64,000 nt of DNA from Azolla caroliniana (taxonomy: Eukaryota > Plantae > Polypodiophyta): NCBI GenBank assembly GCA_043228905.1, contig JBHGNT010000013.1, forward strand, positions 2,108,001 to 2,172,000. The letters run 5' to 3'. Position 1 is the first letter of the stretch, and each line of letters starts with the position of its first letter. The position numbers were made by a program, and so were the translations under genes. Shown piece by piece: positions 25,601 to 38,031 of the stretch. A model generated the notes under the pieces. It saw only the letters and a program-made list of their open reading frames with translations, searched no databases and was not told where the DNA came from.

Positions 25601-26345
25601 AATAAGAATATCAAGATATTTATCACCAATAAATAAAATAAGAATATCAAGATATTTATCACGTGCATAGGGCAAGATTTGAACCTTGTACCTCCACGTA
25701 GCCAAACCTCAACTTTACCATTATGCTACCTTATCTTTAGTGTTCTACAAATAGATTTAATAACTATAAGTGCTTTATTTGCGCCTACCTTTATTAAAAG
25801 GTAAATCGTGCATTTTTAGAGTGCGTGAATAGAAAAACGCAAGCAACTAAAAAGTGACTCATGCACATCTAGCGTGCATGAGCACTATATTTAGCAAATA
25901 AAAGCAAGGATTAGAAAAGCATCACATGCACATTTAGTGTGCATGAACATATTAGAAAAAAAAAGCATGTAGCTATGCTTAGTCTCTCCCATCACTACAT
26001 AAGGATGGGGAGCACAATGTAATAGGTGTGTGAAATATTTGGAAATTGGATATATTTCCGAAAACACCAACCGATTAATATAATCGTGGGATTCACGAAA
26101 ATAATATAATCTATACTTGTGGGATTCACAAGTTTCTTATATCTTTCTTTCAATCTAAATACATATTCTTATCTAAATATTGATTAATCGAATAAAATAC
26201 ACTCGTGGGATTCACGAAATTTCTATCTCTCTTTCTAATAATCTATTTATTACTAGCCTCATCTCATATTCTTCTTTCTCCTAGTCCAAAACCTCGGCGG
26301 TTCCCACCCGACTCACGCAACGATCCGGAGCCGAAAGGCACGACA
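22655..26345 (+). mobile_element. Young gag-only non-autonomous LTR retrotransposon (TR-GAG-like) inserted in the gypsy integrase
   Basis: Two 820-bp LTRs (22655-23474, 25526-26345) with only ~5 differences seen by eye; PBS TGGTGAACCCGACGTGA (tRNA-Trp-like) 23479-23495; PPT GGAGGGGGCGAG; no pol. Confidence 0.92.
23492..25573 (+). CDS. Gag-like protein with acidic and basic low-complexity repeats (first ATG at 23513), ending inside the 3' LTR
   Basis: Uninterrupted 693-codon ORF; N-terminus FNGNDVSRYLRDY...TWGSFEEALREAY resembles a retrotransposon capsid; internal repeats such as RPERKPNR. Confidence 0.75.
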   Translation: MKAGGKEMENQQEALSITMMMMFERMLQEQRVMSEITGAVKRLVQRNGQFNGNDVSRYLRDYKAEMIRCGIPEGLQVTSFNRVATDELQERIHKIRQQNSTWGSFEEALREAYDYKRSKGQDRREFDEWVASEKTHRSATQAFLEFEHRFARLSEREQRLVGEDKVLMFVKSIDRKERMDIGIELEDDEGTNGLTEDWAEVQRVCRRHDERKMRILSTTWLMKDGRLKTNDGADMKAEIQHDGAMEEGVKQATLLSCERTTTKDKANNPSVEEDFGLQVSETSGEKGVSIIDAVKESKEDLIEEVTTKDAIESKVAMDESTTDGHIKTFPPLISETPAVAFERQRETEETKGGGEKTKVEADVYDGEIAENMAMGETTEDDNTEDSCPLILETSAVVSEKQRETEETGGGGKKGKVGSQLGWKVIRTGFRSERKPNRVKEDSTESRPERKPNRKEENSAERRHKRKLNQVNEDSAERRPERKPTRKGVDLVKTDRPSLTWSNANMDGSRPSRKPIGRDRSGKKLIRLNRRLDRSRLVKTRKRKPTETETDRSKPGRKETDSIETEQPIPIRPNTNPIGSRSNRKSIGRERFGKKSRLMKTRKRPVKDTTTNDKGQEYDEGEQRIWWIGWRQWFGWKEWVYSKWRDKVDIAGQMEDEGETTSIDNFGTYRRMCGFGGGECPSVFRTLREKVKII

Positions 26346-27518
26346 GCGACGGCTAGGAAAATATGGCAAAGTGGCCTATGGTGGCCAACGACATTAAGAG
26401 ATGCGGTACGGTACGCAAAAGAATGTGACCTATGCCAGCAAATGGGCTAGCCAACGGAGCAGGCTCGTATGCCACACCAGCCTGTACTACCACTCGAGCC
26501 ATTCCTGAAGTGGGGGCTGGACTTTGTTGGACCGTTCAAACCACCGGCAATGAGAACAGGTAATCAGTACGTCATCGTCGCGATAGATTACTGCACGAAA
26601 TGGGTGGAGGCCAAAGCCTTAAGAGACAACACTGCTGCGTCAACGGCAAAATTTATATACGAATACATCTAGTGCCGTTACGGATGCCCAATCGAATTAA
26701 TAAGTGGCAAAGGGGGGCACTTTCTCGGCCAAGTAGTTGAAAGCCTGACGACATTCTATGCCGTTGTCCATAAACGGAGCACACCATACTATCCGCAAGA
26801 AAACAGCTTAGCTGAATCGACGAATAAAACGCTCCAGAATATCCTCCGGAAGATCGTCAACGAAAACCGAACGGATTGGGATACCAAGCTACAAAGCGCT
26901 TTGGGAATACCGGACAACATATAAAACGAGCATCCAAACAACACCGTTCCGGTTAGCGTTCGGGCTAGAGGCAGTAATGCCGGTGGAATTCCAAGTACCC
27001 AGCTTATGGATCCAGCTACGGGAAAGGCTGAACGAGAAGGAGTTGGAGGCAATACGATTAACAACGCTGTGTGAACTCGAGGAACAACAACTGGCAAGCA
27101 TCCTGCACTAAGAATTGGATCAACGGCGACGGAAAGCATTTGTCGACCGGCACAGGAAAGGAAATGAAAAATGTTCGCAATCGGAAAGCCGGTGTTAGTA
27201 TTCCAGACCCGGATGGGCAAGATGCTGGGTAAACTACGATTTAGATGGACCGGCCCGTATTGGCTGACACGTGAGTATAATGGGTCCTACCAGTTAGGGA
27301 CACTTGCCGGCGAAATGCTAGGCAAATGGGTCAACGGATTCCGATTGAGGCCATATAGAGGACCGATGCCAAAAAACACATTTGAGCAAAGGACCGACAC
27401 CGGTGCGGAAACGGCAACCTATGAGGGAAACGGCAACCACCAAAACGGCCAAGATAGCGAGCTGGTAACTGGGGAGAATGAGGCTGGTAAGGGTCCGATA
27501 GGACCAACAGACAAGTAA
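26346..27518 (+). pseudogene. pol: Gypsy integrase (remainder)
   Basis: [36 protein letters not shown] (GPY/F motif). Confidence 0.92.
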
Positions 27519-28927
27519 CCTCACACTAACATTTAAAATAAATAATAATAATAATAATAAAATAAAAACGAAGTAATCATGCAAAAGCGAGGTATGAATG
27601 GACGAGAGAGCGAGGAGCGAAAAGGTACGTAGTGGGCATTTAAGCGCCACCACAGGACATAATGCTATTTTAGTACACGATGTGCACACACTCGAAAAAG
27701 GCGCCAAAATGCACAGAGAAAAACCACTGCGCGTGGAGACCCTCTACTTTCGCGAACCCAGGAGCACAGAAGCACCAAGGCGCTGGAAGATCATCAGACA
27801 AGAACCTACGCATAGAGAACCCCCGCTTTCTGAACTCTCTCTCTCTCAATCTCACTCTCATCGCCATCCAACCTCGTCACCACAATCCGACCTCAACATA
27901 GACATGGACCCGCAAACGCTGTCGGAAGCCGCCAAGAAATGGCTAAAGCAACACGGGCTCGAGGGCTTCTTGATGATTATGGAGGTACCGCCACACAAAG
28001 AAGCCGACAAGGTGATCAAAGAAATCGACACAGAAGTCATAACGGCGGAGGCGATCCGTGCGTTAACAGGCCTTCCGGAGGGAGGCATACTCACGATTGA
28101 CCACCCGACCTCGGAGCAACTCATCAAGTATTTTGGTGAGTACTCCCTAACCAGCAAGGGCTACCGGACACAGGGCGGCGGAGATATGTTGTTCCTTGAG
28201 ATTGCTCGTGTGCTCCACGAATACGGCCATGTGTACCGTAGACCCCCTGTCATGCCGCAGAACCGGGCAGGGATGATCATCGCCACCTATGAAGGGATCA
28301 AGGTGGATTGGCCGGTATTGATCGCAGACGGTTTGTGTGCGGCGATCGAGATCGTCAGAGGCAAAGACGACAAAGAAGGCCGAGACGGACGGAGGCTATG
28401 GCACGCAGTAACGTAGTGGCTCACCTTGCTTGTGCCACCCGTCCAGCCCGTCCAGCCCAAGAAGCGGGGAAGAGTGGCGGACGGCACCCCAAAGACTGCT
28501 TCCAAAAGACAACAGTTGTTGGCCTCTAAGGCCACTAAGGGGAAGGCGGTGGACCCAGAACAGGCGGGAAAGGAGAGCGCCAACCGGAAGCAGCCAATGG
28601 ATGCGCAGGAGGAACCACCGGTACAGCCCGTAAAGGTTACACTCCGCCAACCGGTGAATAGAGAAGCTGACCCCTTGGCGGCAAAACTCAATGCTAGGAG
28701 TCAGGAAGAGGAAATAGAGGAGGAGCCTACGGAGAACCTCCAGCGACAGTCGTCGGCAAGGACCGTTGAGGCAGCCGGGAAACGTTCGGACCCTCAAACG
28801 GAGGGAACACCGGCTTCCCATACTGAGACTCCCACGCCAAGGGAGGAACCGGAACTAGTGCGCATCGCACCGGAATCAGAAGCCCCTGCACCACCGGCAA
28901 GTCCCATCCCTCCAGAGCCGGAAAGCT

Positions 28928-31900
28928 TGTTGAGAGACAAGCTCAACATCGGCCGGATCAGCTGAACAAGCTGAGGACTGGATCGGTTGAGACTGATCGG
29001 TTAGGCCGAGTGTGTAAACCGGGAGGCCGTTAGGAAATATATTCCGTGAGGAATATATTTGGGAGTTAGTGTAGGAGCTCTTAATGAGTATTGAAGTACT
29101 GTCAGTACTTCGGTCAGTCCTTCTAGGACTTGTATAAAAGTGTTCATTGAACACACATATGTATAGAGTGTGGTGAATAGAGATTGGGTCGTTGTTGAAT
29201 ATAGTTTGTGTGTTTTCTCTATCTCTCTCTCACTCTCTCTGTCTCTCCCGAGTATACTACGTAAGCTCAAGCTCTCCATTGAACCTGAGTTTTCTTCCTC
29301 CTGTTCGGCCTTCATACTTCCTTCTGCACACTATTTTTTACATGGTATCAGAGCGCGAGGGTTGAGAACCTCTCTGCAGCCGACACAACTTGACGAAGAA
29401 GAACAAGAAGAACGTTGGTCCTACAAGATGCACCAGTACTTGCTTGGGCACGGCTACTAGAGTTATGTCGAAGGAGCTAATGACGCGGCACCCGAATCGA
29501 CACACAGAGACTTCCCGTCAAGGGAGCAATCGGCGAGCAGGGTATTATACTGCTTTGCGTCGTGTGTGGGCGAATAGCTAATGAGCTATGTTCGGGATGC
29601 AAAGACGCCGAAGGGTGCGTGGGAAAATCTGAAGAAGATTTTCGCCGCGAGCACCACAGCCAAGAAGCTTCAGCTCCAACAGGAGTTGAGCAACCTACGA
29701 CAACACGACTTGTCGGTGGCGGACTATACCTCGAAGATCAAGGATATCTGCGACTCCCTCGCCTCCATAGAGGTGAACATCGAGGAGAGCGAGATGGTCT
29801 AGATCTATCTCGGAGGTTTGGTGTCGAAGTTCGGAGCGTTCCGAACGGTTGTGTGTACCCGGGAGAATACGCCATCCTTTTTTTACTTACAGTCAATGCT
29901 CCTGGTGAGGAGAACCACGCGGGTGCGTCTACAAGCACACATACCAACAACAAAATGTTGTACACAGAGGGAGTTAGGCCCCGTGGACGTGGAGGACGAG
30001 GTGAGTCGGCGCGTAATGGAGGTGGCCGACGAGATCAAGGAAGAAGGCACCGAAGTGATGCCGACAGCAACTCCGGACCCTCCGGAAATAGGGGGAGTCA
30101 AAGCGATGAGAACCGGCAAGGGAAGGCCATCGCGGAGTGCTGGTACTGTGGCAAGAAAGGCCACAGGGAAAGAGAGTGCTGGAAGAAGCGCGCCGATTCG
30201 GAGAGAACCGGTTCCAGAAACGGCTCCGGACATACCGACAAGGGAAATCGGCAGTGATCGCACTACGCCGAAGACTCCGGGAGAGCCGGAGAAGGGTCTG
30301 CCTTCGTGACGAGACACAAAGAAAACTCAATGAAACAGACCACCCCGAGATCAGACGAGGTGTGGTACGTAGACTCCGGCGCGTGAAACCACACGACGAG
30401 CCATAAGGAGTGGTTCTCGTACCTTGAAAAACCGATACAACCTGGAGTAGTCGCAACAAGAGATGACACTCCGCATCCGATCGCGAATGTTGGACGCAAA
30501 GACCGAAAAATACATCTTGGTTGGTTACTCAGACGAGCAGAAGGGTTATATGTGCTATAACCCTCGCACCAAACAAGCGCGTGTTAGCCGCGACGTTGTG
30601 GTTGACGAGTCCGCGTCCTAGTACCAGCCCCCGACTCCAATCCGTGTTCTGACGATGAGGTCAGCGAGGCCGATATGCCTCCGGATGAGCCCGAATTCGA
30701 GACCTGCGAAGAGAGTCCGATTTCGCTCCGCTTAAGTGGACCGATTGGACGACTGAGTCGGTACGATCAGTCCGATGAAGAGCCGGCGAGTAGTGGAGAC
30801 TCGGCCGTGCATTCCCCGCGCAGGAAGCCGAGGAGACGGCTTACACGCAAATAGAAAGGGAAGAAGAAGGTGTCAGATTCTGGCACGGATAAGAACAAGT
30901 CAGATCGACGCGAGTCCGACTCCGAGGGAACCGGTGATGGGTCTTTAAAGATGAAGACCGCGTCGACCGAGAAGGCCTCGACATCGGCTAATGTGAGACT
31001 ACGCCGATCTACCCGCCAGAAGAATCTTGTTTTGCGGTTCGGATACAACGAGTACATGGCGCATCATTATGCGTACATGACCCGTGTAGCAGAAGTGCGT
31101 GAGCCGGAGAGCTATGCAGAAGCGGCTAAAGACGCGAATTTGCGTGCCGCGATGGAGGAAGAGATGCACGCATTGGTGGAGAAGGAGACCTGGGACCTGG
31201 TTGACGCACCAACAGGGATAAAACCGATCGGGTGTAGGTGGGTGTACAAGGTCAAGTACAATACCGATGGCTCGGTCAACCGGTACAAGGCTCGGCTAGT
31301 GGTAAAGGGCTACGCGCAGAAACACGGCATCGACTACGATGAGACGTTTGCACCGGTCGCGAAAATGACGACCGTCCGTGTTTTGCTCACAATAGCTGCG
31401 GTGAAGGGGTGGCACTTACATCAGATGGATGTAAAGAATGTGTTCCTGCAAGGTGACCTTGAGGAACAGGTGTACATGGTACAGCCCCCCGGATTTCACT
31501 CTCGAACGAACTCCTCGGCAATATGTCGACTGAAGAAGTCCCTTTACGGACTGAAGCAAGCTCCGCGTGCCTGGAACCAGAAGATCACGCAACAACTGCG
31601 TCGGATGGGCTTCGTCACGTCAAAATCGGACTCTTCCCTGTTCATCCGGAAAGGTCGACTCGGACCGGTTAGTATTTTACTATATGTTGATGACTTGGTC
31701 ATCACCGGCGCCGACGTAGGTGAAATCGACCGCGTGAAGCTCCAGCTTGCGGCATCGTTCGACATGAAGGATCTGAGGGACCTTCATTACTTCCTCGGGA
31801 TCGAAGTGATCCGTACCCCCGAAAGCATATTGATCAGCCAACGTCATTACGTGCTGAGTATGCTCTCCAAATTTGGGATGGCCGACTGTAAGTCCGTCTT

Positions 31901-33588
31901 GACTCCTCTGGACAGAACTTTCAAGCTTCGTCCCGATACGGGAAAGGTATGCGACCCGACGAGGTTCCGACAAATTGTCGGAAGCCTCATATACTTGACC
32001 ATCACCCGACCCGACCTCAGTTATCCGGTCGGAGTGATCAGTCAATTCATAGCGCGACCTACCGAGGAGCACCTCCAGTGTGCGCAACGCATACTTCGGT
32101 ATGTCAACGGCACTAAGGACCAGGGACTGCTATATCGGACCGGTGCAGCCGCGCAATTAGTTGGCTACACCGATGTTGATTGGGCTGGCAACGCTGCCGA
32201 TCGCCGATCCACGTCCGGATACGCGTTCTCCCTCGGGAGTGCCGCGATCACGTGGAGCAGTAAGAAGCAGCCGACAGTTCCACTGTCGAGCACCGAAGCT
32301 GAGTATTGAGGAGCGGTTGTCGCGACATGCGAAGTCATATGGTTGAAGCGGCTGCTTAGGGACCTGCAAGAGGAGGTGTCAGATCCAACGACGATCTACT
32401 GCGACAACCTCAGAAGCATCCAGCTCGAGAAAAACCCCGTTTTCCACGCACGGACCAAGGACATTGAGGTGCACTACCATTTTGTCCGTGAGTGTGTCCT
32501 TTCCGGTGAAGTCGAACTTCAGTACGTTCCGACGGATCGGCAGATTGCCGACATCTTCACCAAGCCTCTTGGTCTGGACAAGTTGCGGCAATTCTCAGGT
32601 GCGATCGGATTGCGTCACCTCGACGTGCCAAACTTGAGGGGGAGAATAGTCCCGAACGACCAAGCAAGGCAGCAGGAAAGGAGCAGAGACCACGACACCG
32701 AGTCGGTTGACTCGGTTGTCAAGTTGGACTTCGGATCAGCTGAAGAAGCCGAGGGCGGACCTGCGGAAAAGTCTGGAAGCGGACAGAAGGGGAGCAACCG
32801 AAGGAGAGAGCCGAAGCCAACCACGCATGGGGAAGATGACGCCACCGAGGGCGAGAAGACCGAAGACGAGTTGGAGATAGCCAACTTGGACGAGAGCGAA
32901 AACCGATCGAAGGTAGCCAAGTCAGTTCGGATGTTTGATTCAGATACGCTGAATCAACAGAGGCCCAAGCAGAAGAAAAGGCAGTAGGAGAAGGATCAAC
33001 ACCGCAACAGCAAAAGAGCTGATAAGGGCCACATGAGCAGACAAGCCGACCGGAAGGGTCGAAGCACGCGGAGTCAAACAGGTCGTGGAGCGGGAGCGAG
33101 GCGTGAAGCCAGGAGGAACCAGAGCTGTGAGCTCGAAGATCCCGAAGAGCCTCAAGTTGAGCTTGAGGGGGAGTGTTGAGAGACAAGCTCAACATCGGCC
33201 AGATCGGCTGAACAAGCTGAGGACTGGAGCGGTTGGGACCGATCGGTTAGGCCGAGTGCGTAAACCAGGAGGCCGTTAGGAAAGATATTCCGTGAGGAAT
33301 ATATTTGGGAGTTATTGTAGGAGCTCTTAATGAGTATTGAAGTATTGTCAGTACTTCGGTCAGTCCTTCTAGGACTTGTATAAAAGTGTTCATTGAACAC
33401 ACATATGCATAGAGTGTGGTGAATAGAGATTGGGTCGTTGTTGAATATAGTTCGTGTGTTTTTTCTCTCTCTCTCTCACTCTCTCTGTCTCTCCCGAGTA
33501 TACTGCGTAAGCTCAAGCTCTCCATTGAACCTGAGTTTTCTTCCTCCTGTTCGGCCTTCATACTTCCTTCCGCACGCTATTTTTTACA
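28928..33588 (+). mobile_element. Ty1/copia LTR retrotransposon with internal deletion of most of the integrase
   Basis: 415-bp LTRs 28928-29342 and 33174-33588; TSD AAGCT/AAGTT; PBS TGGTATCAGAGC (tRNA-iMet) 29343-29354; PPT GAGGGGGAG; gag CCHC CWYCGKKGHREREC; protease WYVDSGA. Confidence 0.95.
30870..32987 (+). pseudogene. pol: Copia RT + RNase H with a charged C-terminal extension (stop at 32307-32309)
   Basis: RYKARLV, QMDVKNVFL, SLYGLKQAPRAW, LYVDDL, SSTEAEY, CDN, RTKDIEVHYHF. Confidence 0.95.
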
Positions 33589-35519
33589 AAGTTCAATGCA
33601 GTCTCCCTCGGCCAACCAAGAAGAAGCACAAGGGGAACCAGGACAGCAGGGTGGTCCACAGGCGGAAACGGAATTGCAACTCGGCGCAATTAGGCAGGAC
33701 CACCCACCTACAAGCAAGCCCATCCGTCAAATCTCCGTGCAAGCGCAACAACAATGCACCGGTAGCCTGTGGCTCCGGTGGATAGGCGAACAGATTGTCG
33801 GAGCAGTGGGGTATATTGAGGTGGAAGAAAGAGCGCAAAGCGAACGGTTGCTCGTCACAACCGAACAACTAGAGACGGCCCTGAAAAAGATCCAATCACC
33901 GGTGACTCCGATAAGTGTACAGAATAAAGAACCAGACCAACCTGTACATACTAATAAGACCCCGGCAACGGAACCCGTCACAGAGAGCGATGCGGCGCAA
34001 ACCTAGGAGCTTGCGGAATTGAGAGATGAACTTGCCGCACAAGAAGCACTAAGGAGCCGGGAACGGGAATTGAAGACAGCTGCCGAAGCAAAATTAAAGA
34101 AGACTACTAAGAACCTCCGCCGGGCAGAGGAGAGCCTCCGGAAAGGCCATCAAGCATATGACCGGCTAAGGGAGGAAAAAGACAAAGTGTTGTAGGAAAA
34201 GGACAAGTTGCGGAAGACGACGGAAACGGAAATTGAACAGCTAAAGGAAGAGCTCCGCCAGCAGAAGGACCGCGAGGACTAGGCCTGTCGACAGATCAAT
34301 GCACGACTCAAGCAAAAGACAGATGATTTTGAGCACCTGCACCAGGACTACAAACGACTGGAAACGGAGCATAAGGAACGGGTGACCAAGCTCCAGCAGG
34401 AAGTTGATCGGGCCGCGACGGCGCTCGCTGACGAATGAGCGGAAAATACAAGACGGTTGGACGAGGCGGAAAAGGTCCGGATGGAGCTCCAGAAGCAGCA
34501 GCATGAAGAAAAGGAGAGAGCGTCAACGGTATTGCAAAAATTACAAAGCACATATCAAAGGAAATTGACGCATTACAAGGAGCAGGCGGAAGACAACGTC
34601 AAAATCATCAAGCAATTGAAGGAGGAACGGCAAGCTGCGGAGATCAAATCGCAGTTGGGAACGGGCTGGATTCAATGCATCCTCCGGGCATTGCTGAATC
34701 AGAAAAAATGCTTGATTGACGAAAGCTTCGTAAGATGATGGACAAAGTGGGCACAAAATGCGGCGGAACTCCAATTGCTACGGGCAGACATGGCAAACCG
34801 GCGGAAGGAAGGAGATGATTGTTACACGTTGACTTCCGAGGACTTCACCACCATATGGGATGAGCTGGCCGACGACTTCTAAGTCTTGGCGGATGAACAA
34901 TTGGCGCAGGTCCGGCAACTCGTAGCTCAGCTAGACGATGATAGGCTGGACACTCAAATCCAGTTTGAAAGCTACGAGCGGTCCCGGGTTCGGGAAGAAA
35001 AAGCACGGGAAGCGGCAACGATTAACCTTAGTGATGAGGAACCGTCACCGGCCGAGGGCCAGACCGGAACCAGTCAACCGGAGACCACTACAATGGAGGG
35101 AGCAACGACGGAGACGCCGGTGTCGGAGCAACAAACGGAGGAGCAGCCGCAGCAGCCACCAAAGCACCAGGCGCAGCAGCCATCAACGGAGCAGCAACAA
35201 CAACAACAACAACCACAACAACAACAACAACCAATTCCAGATGAACCATTGGAGAATCTCGAACAAAGCATTCTGGATATTTTGGACGAAGAATAGCAAG
35301 GGTCGAATGTGAATTCAATGTACAAGGTACTGTCGCACGGGCGTGCCATGTGTTACCGGCCGACAAAGGAGTCCAGAGTGTGAAACGGGGAGTTATTTAA
35401 TTGTTAGGAATGGTTGCAAGTAAGCTATGAGTGTGGACGGACGGACCGGAATCGGTATGCCGTTCCGGATCCGGACCGATCCCGAACAGGTGCGGATGGC
35501 ACCATTTTGTACTACAATG

Positions 35520-37467
35520 GATGCAGGACAAGGGAGGTATATCAATAGGATTGTTTGGGATAAAGAAAATTATTTGTCCATAAAACAAGAGTTGGCTCCT
35601 GAATCTAAGAGAGCAGATGCAAGAACTCGATGACCCCTAGAAGTGCTAAGCTCAACTTGTGCTGAAAAAACTCAGCTAACATGATTCGATAAAATGGAAC
35701 CGCTACTTGGGGCTGACGTTGCATATTCTGGTTTGTCTAACCAAATGGCTCCGATTTTGATTGGTCTTATTCGTTTAATATTTCATCAAACTGACTCAAG
35801 ACCTCAAAACTATTGGATTGGCCTAGACATGTCGGACTACTACGGATAGATAATCTAACTGGGGAATTGGAATTAAGTTTCTCACTAGTACTTACTTGAT
35901 TTACTTGTCCTTTCGGCCTATGTGGGCAGGTGATTGCTATGTGTCTCGGACCACCACAATAGAAACACAGACGGTTTCCTTGGCATCGTTGCTTCTTAGT
36001 TTTAGACGAACGCCCTCGACGACGTGTTACATTGATCTCCATTGGACTTGGACCAGTTGATGGAATCATGTGTGAAGTTTGGCTAGTGCTCATAGGTGTT
36101 GAGGCTACTACTGAAGCATTTGTTTGATCCGTTCTTGGTCGTGACATTAGTTGACGTTCTGAACGTGGCTCGAATAAACGATTGTCACATCGCACCACAC
36201 GACTTATTGCTTCTGTAAGAGATCTTGGATCTTCGTAGCATGACTCAAGAACCTCGCTACGACCCGCGAATCACGGTTGGGGGAGAGTCGTGTCTTGGGG
36301 TCCATGAACCTTGCCACGGTTCGTGACTGGGCCACGTTTCATGACTCAAGAACCTCGCTACGACCCGCGAATCACGGTTGGGGGAGAGTCGTGTCTTGGG
36401 GTCCATGAACCTTGCCACGGTTCGTGACTGGGCCACGTTTCATGACTCAAGAACCTCGCTACGACCCGCGAATCACGGTTGGGGGAGAGTCGTGTCTTGG
36501 GGTCCATGAACCTTGCCACGGTTCGTGACTAGGCCACGTTTCATGACTCAAGAACCTCGCTACGACCCGCGAATCACGGTTGGGGGAGAGTCGTGTCTTG
36601 GGGTCCATGAACCTTGCCACGGTTCGTGACTGGGCCACGTTTCATGACTCAAGAACCTCGCTACGACCCGCGAATCACGGTTCGCGGGAGAGTCGTGTCT
36701 TGGGGTTCCTGAACCCTGCCACGTTTCATGACTCAAGAACCTCGCTACGACCCGTGAATCACGGTTGGGGGGACAGAACAAATCGTTTACATCATTTTGT
36801 AGTCCATGGCGAAACTGATCCATTAATGCTTCTTCATCCCATGGAATATCACAAGCTAGGAGGTGGAAATCTGCGGCGTATGCGGAGGCCAGACGATCCC
36901 CTTGACGCAGTCTTCGAATTTTATTGATCGCCGTTCTGACACTATCAGTGTCTCCAAAGTTTGCTTGAAATTCTTTAATAAAACCTTCAAAGTCTTGAAG
37001 GAGAGGAGATTTCTTTTCTAGCAGTGGTGCAAACCATGCTAATGTTGTTCCTGTTAAGAGGGTTCCTACTAGTCCAACTCGAGTTGGATCGGTTGGATAT
37101 CTTTAGGATGCATGAATTACTAGACGTACCTTATTTAAAAATCCTTGAAATTGTGATCGATTACCATCGAACCTCCCAAACAAACAAATCTTTGGTTCTT
37201 TGGGAAAGTTTTGTTGTGCATCAAAGCTTGTTGGTGAAGAGACCGCAATGTTGTTTCGAGTTACAATACACGTGTTGATAACTCGTCATATTGTTGCGCC
37301 TTTTCTATGCTTACTTGTTGTAAATCTCCAAGAAATCATTGATTCTCTTTCTCTAGAGCCAAAAACTTATTTGTGAGATGCTCGAGCTCAATGACGACTC
37401 GAACATACTCTTGCTTGCAATCGGTGACGATAACACTTGACAGGATTTTCAAGAAAAAGAAGGAAAG

Positions 37468-37509
<42 letters not shown>

Positions 37510-38031
37510 CAAAGAGAACTAGCGAGAAAGAGAGAGAGAAAGAGAGAAGATATTCTAGTGCAGACTATCAAGGCCTTAGCTTGACAAAAGAAGATTGAAC
37601 AAGAGAGGAAAAGAAAGAGAGAACAATGGCTATATTTTTAATATAATAGGAAAATATACAAGAGCAAGAACTAGAATATTTGCCAAAGACTGGTGTTGAA
37701 CCATAATGGTTCTAACAATACAATATGTCCTATTTATATAGGAGTAGTATGTGCCCCTTGGATGTTTGTAGGGTCATGATACCCTTTGGGATGTTGTAGG
37801 GTCATGATACCCTTTGGGATATTGAAGGGTCATGACACCCTTTGGGATATTGAAGGGTCAAGGCACCCTTTGGATATTTATAGGGTTACATTATCAATAT
37901 TATAATATAGCAAATTACAATATTTTTACGTAAAATATATATAACCTGATGGCTAGAGTTGAGTGCTCCTCTTTAGGAGGTCACGGGTTCGAGTCATCCT
38001 AAACCTCATGGGGTTTAATCTACTCATGACA
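35520..38031 (-). mobile_element. Tcn1-like chromovirus 5' part (LTR 37566-38031 + degenerate gag)
   Basis: LTR homologous to 50608-51093; gag motifs DQFRHGLQNDVNDL, RCDNRLFE and CFYCGGPRHIAITC; (GA)n tract ~37470-37550. Confidence 0.8.
36239..36776. repeat. GC-rich 101-bp tandem repeat (~5.3 copies) inserted in gag
   Basis: Units start with CATGACTCAAGAACC at 36239, 36340, 36441, 36542, 36643 and 36727; the first four are almost identical. Confidence 0.95.

Larger units (their letters stand above)
27900..35296 (+). pseudogene. Extra 3' ORF of the gypsy element, split by the Copia insertion 28928-33588; coiled coil and polyQ tail
   Basis: 27900-28927 and 33589-35296; homologous to 4258-7200; (CAA/CAG)n at ~35190-35233. 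Confidence 0.75.
17527..35517 (+). mobile_element. Ty3/gypsy non-chromovirus LTR retrotransposon (related to 3555-12623), host to two nested insertions; 3' LTR truncated
   Basis: 5' LTR 17527-17959; 3' LTR starts at 35351 (TGTTACCGGCC...) and matches the 5' LTR until ~35517; gag-PR-RT-RH-INT-extra ORF order. Confidence 0.9.
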
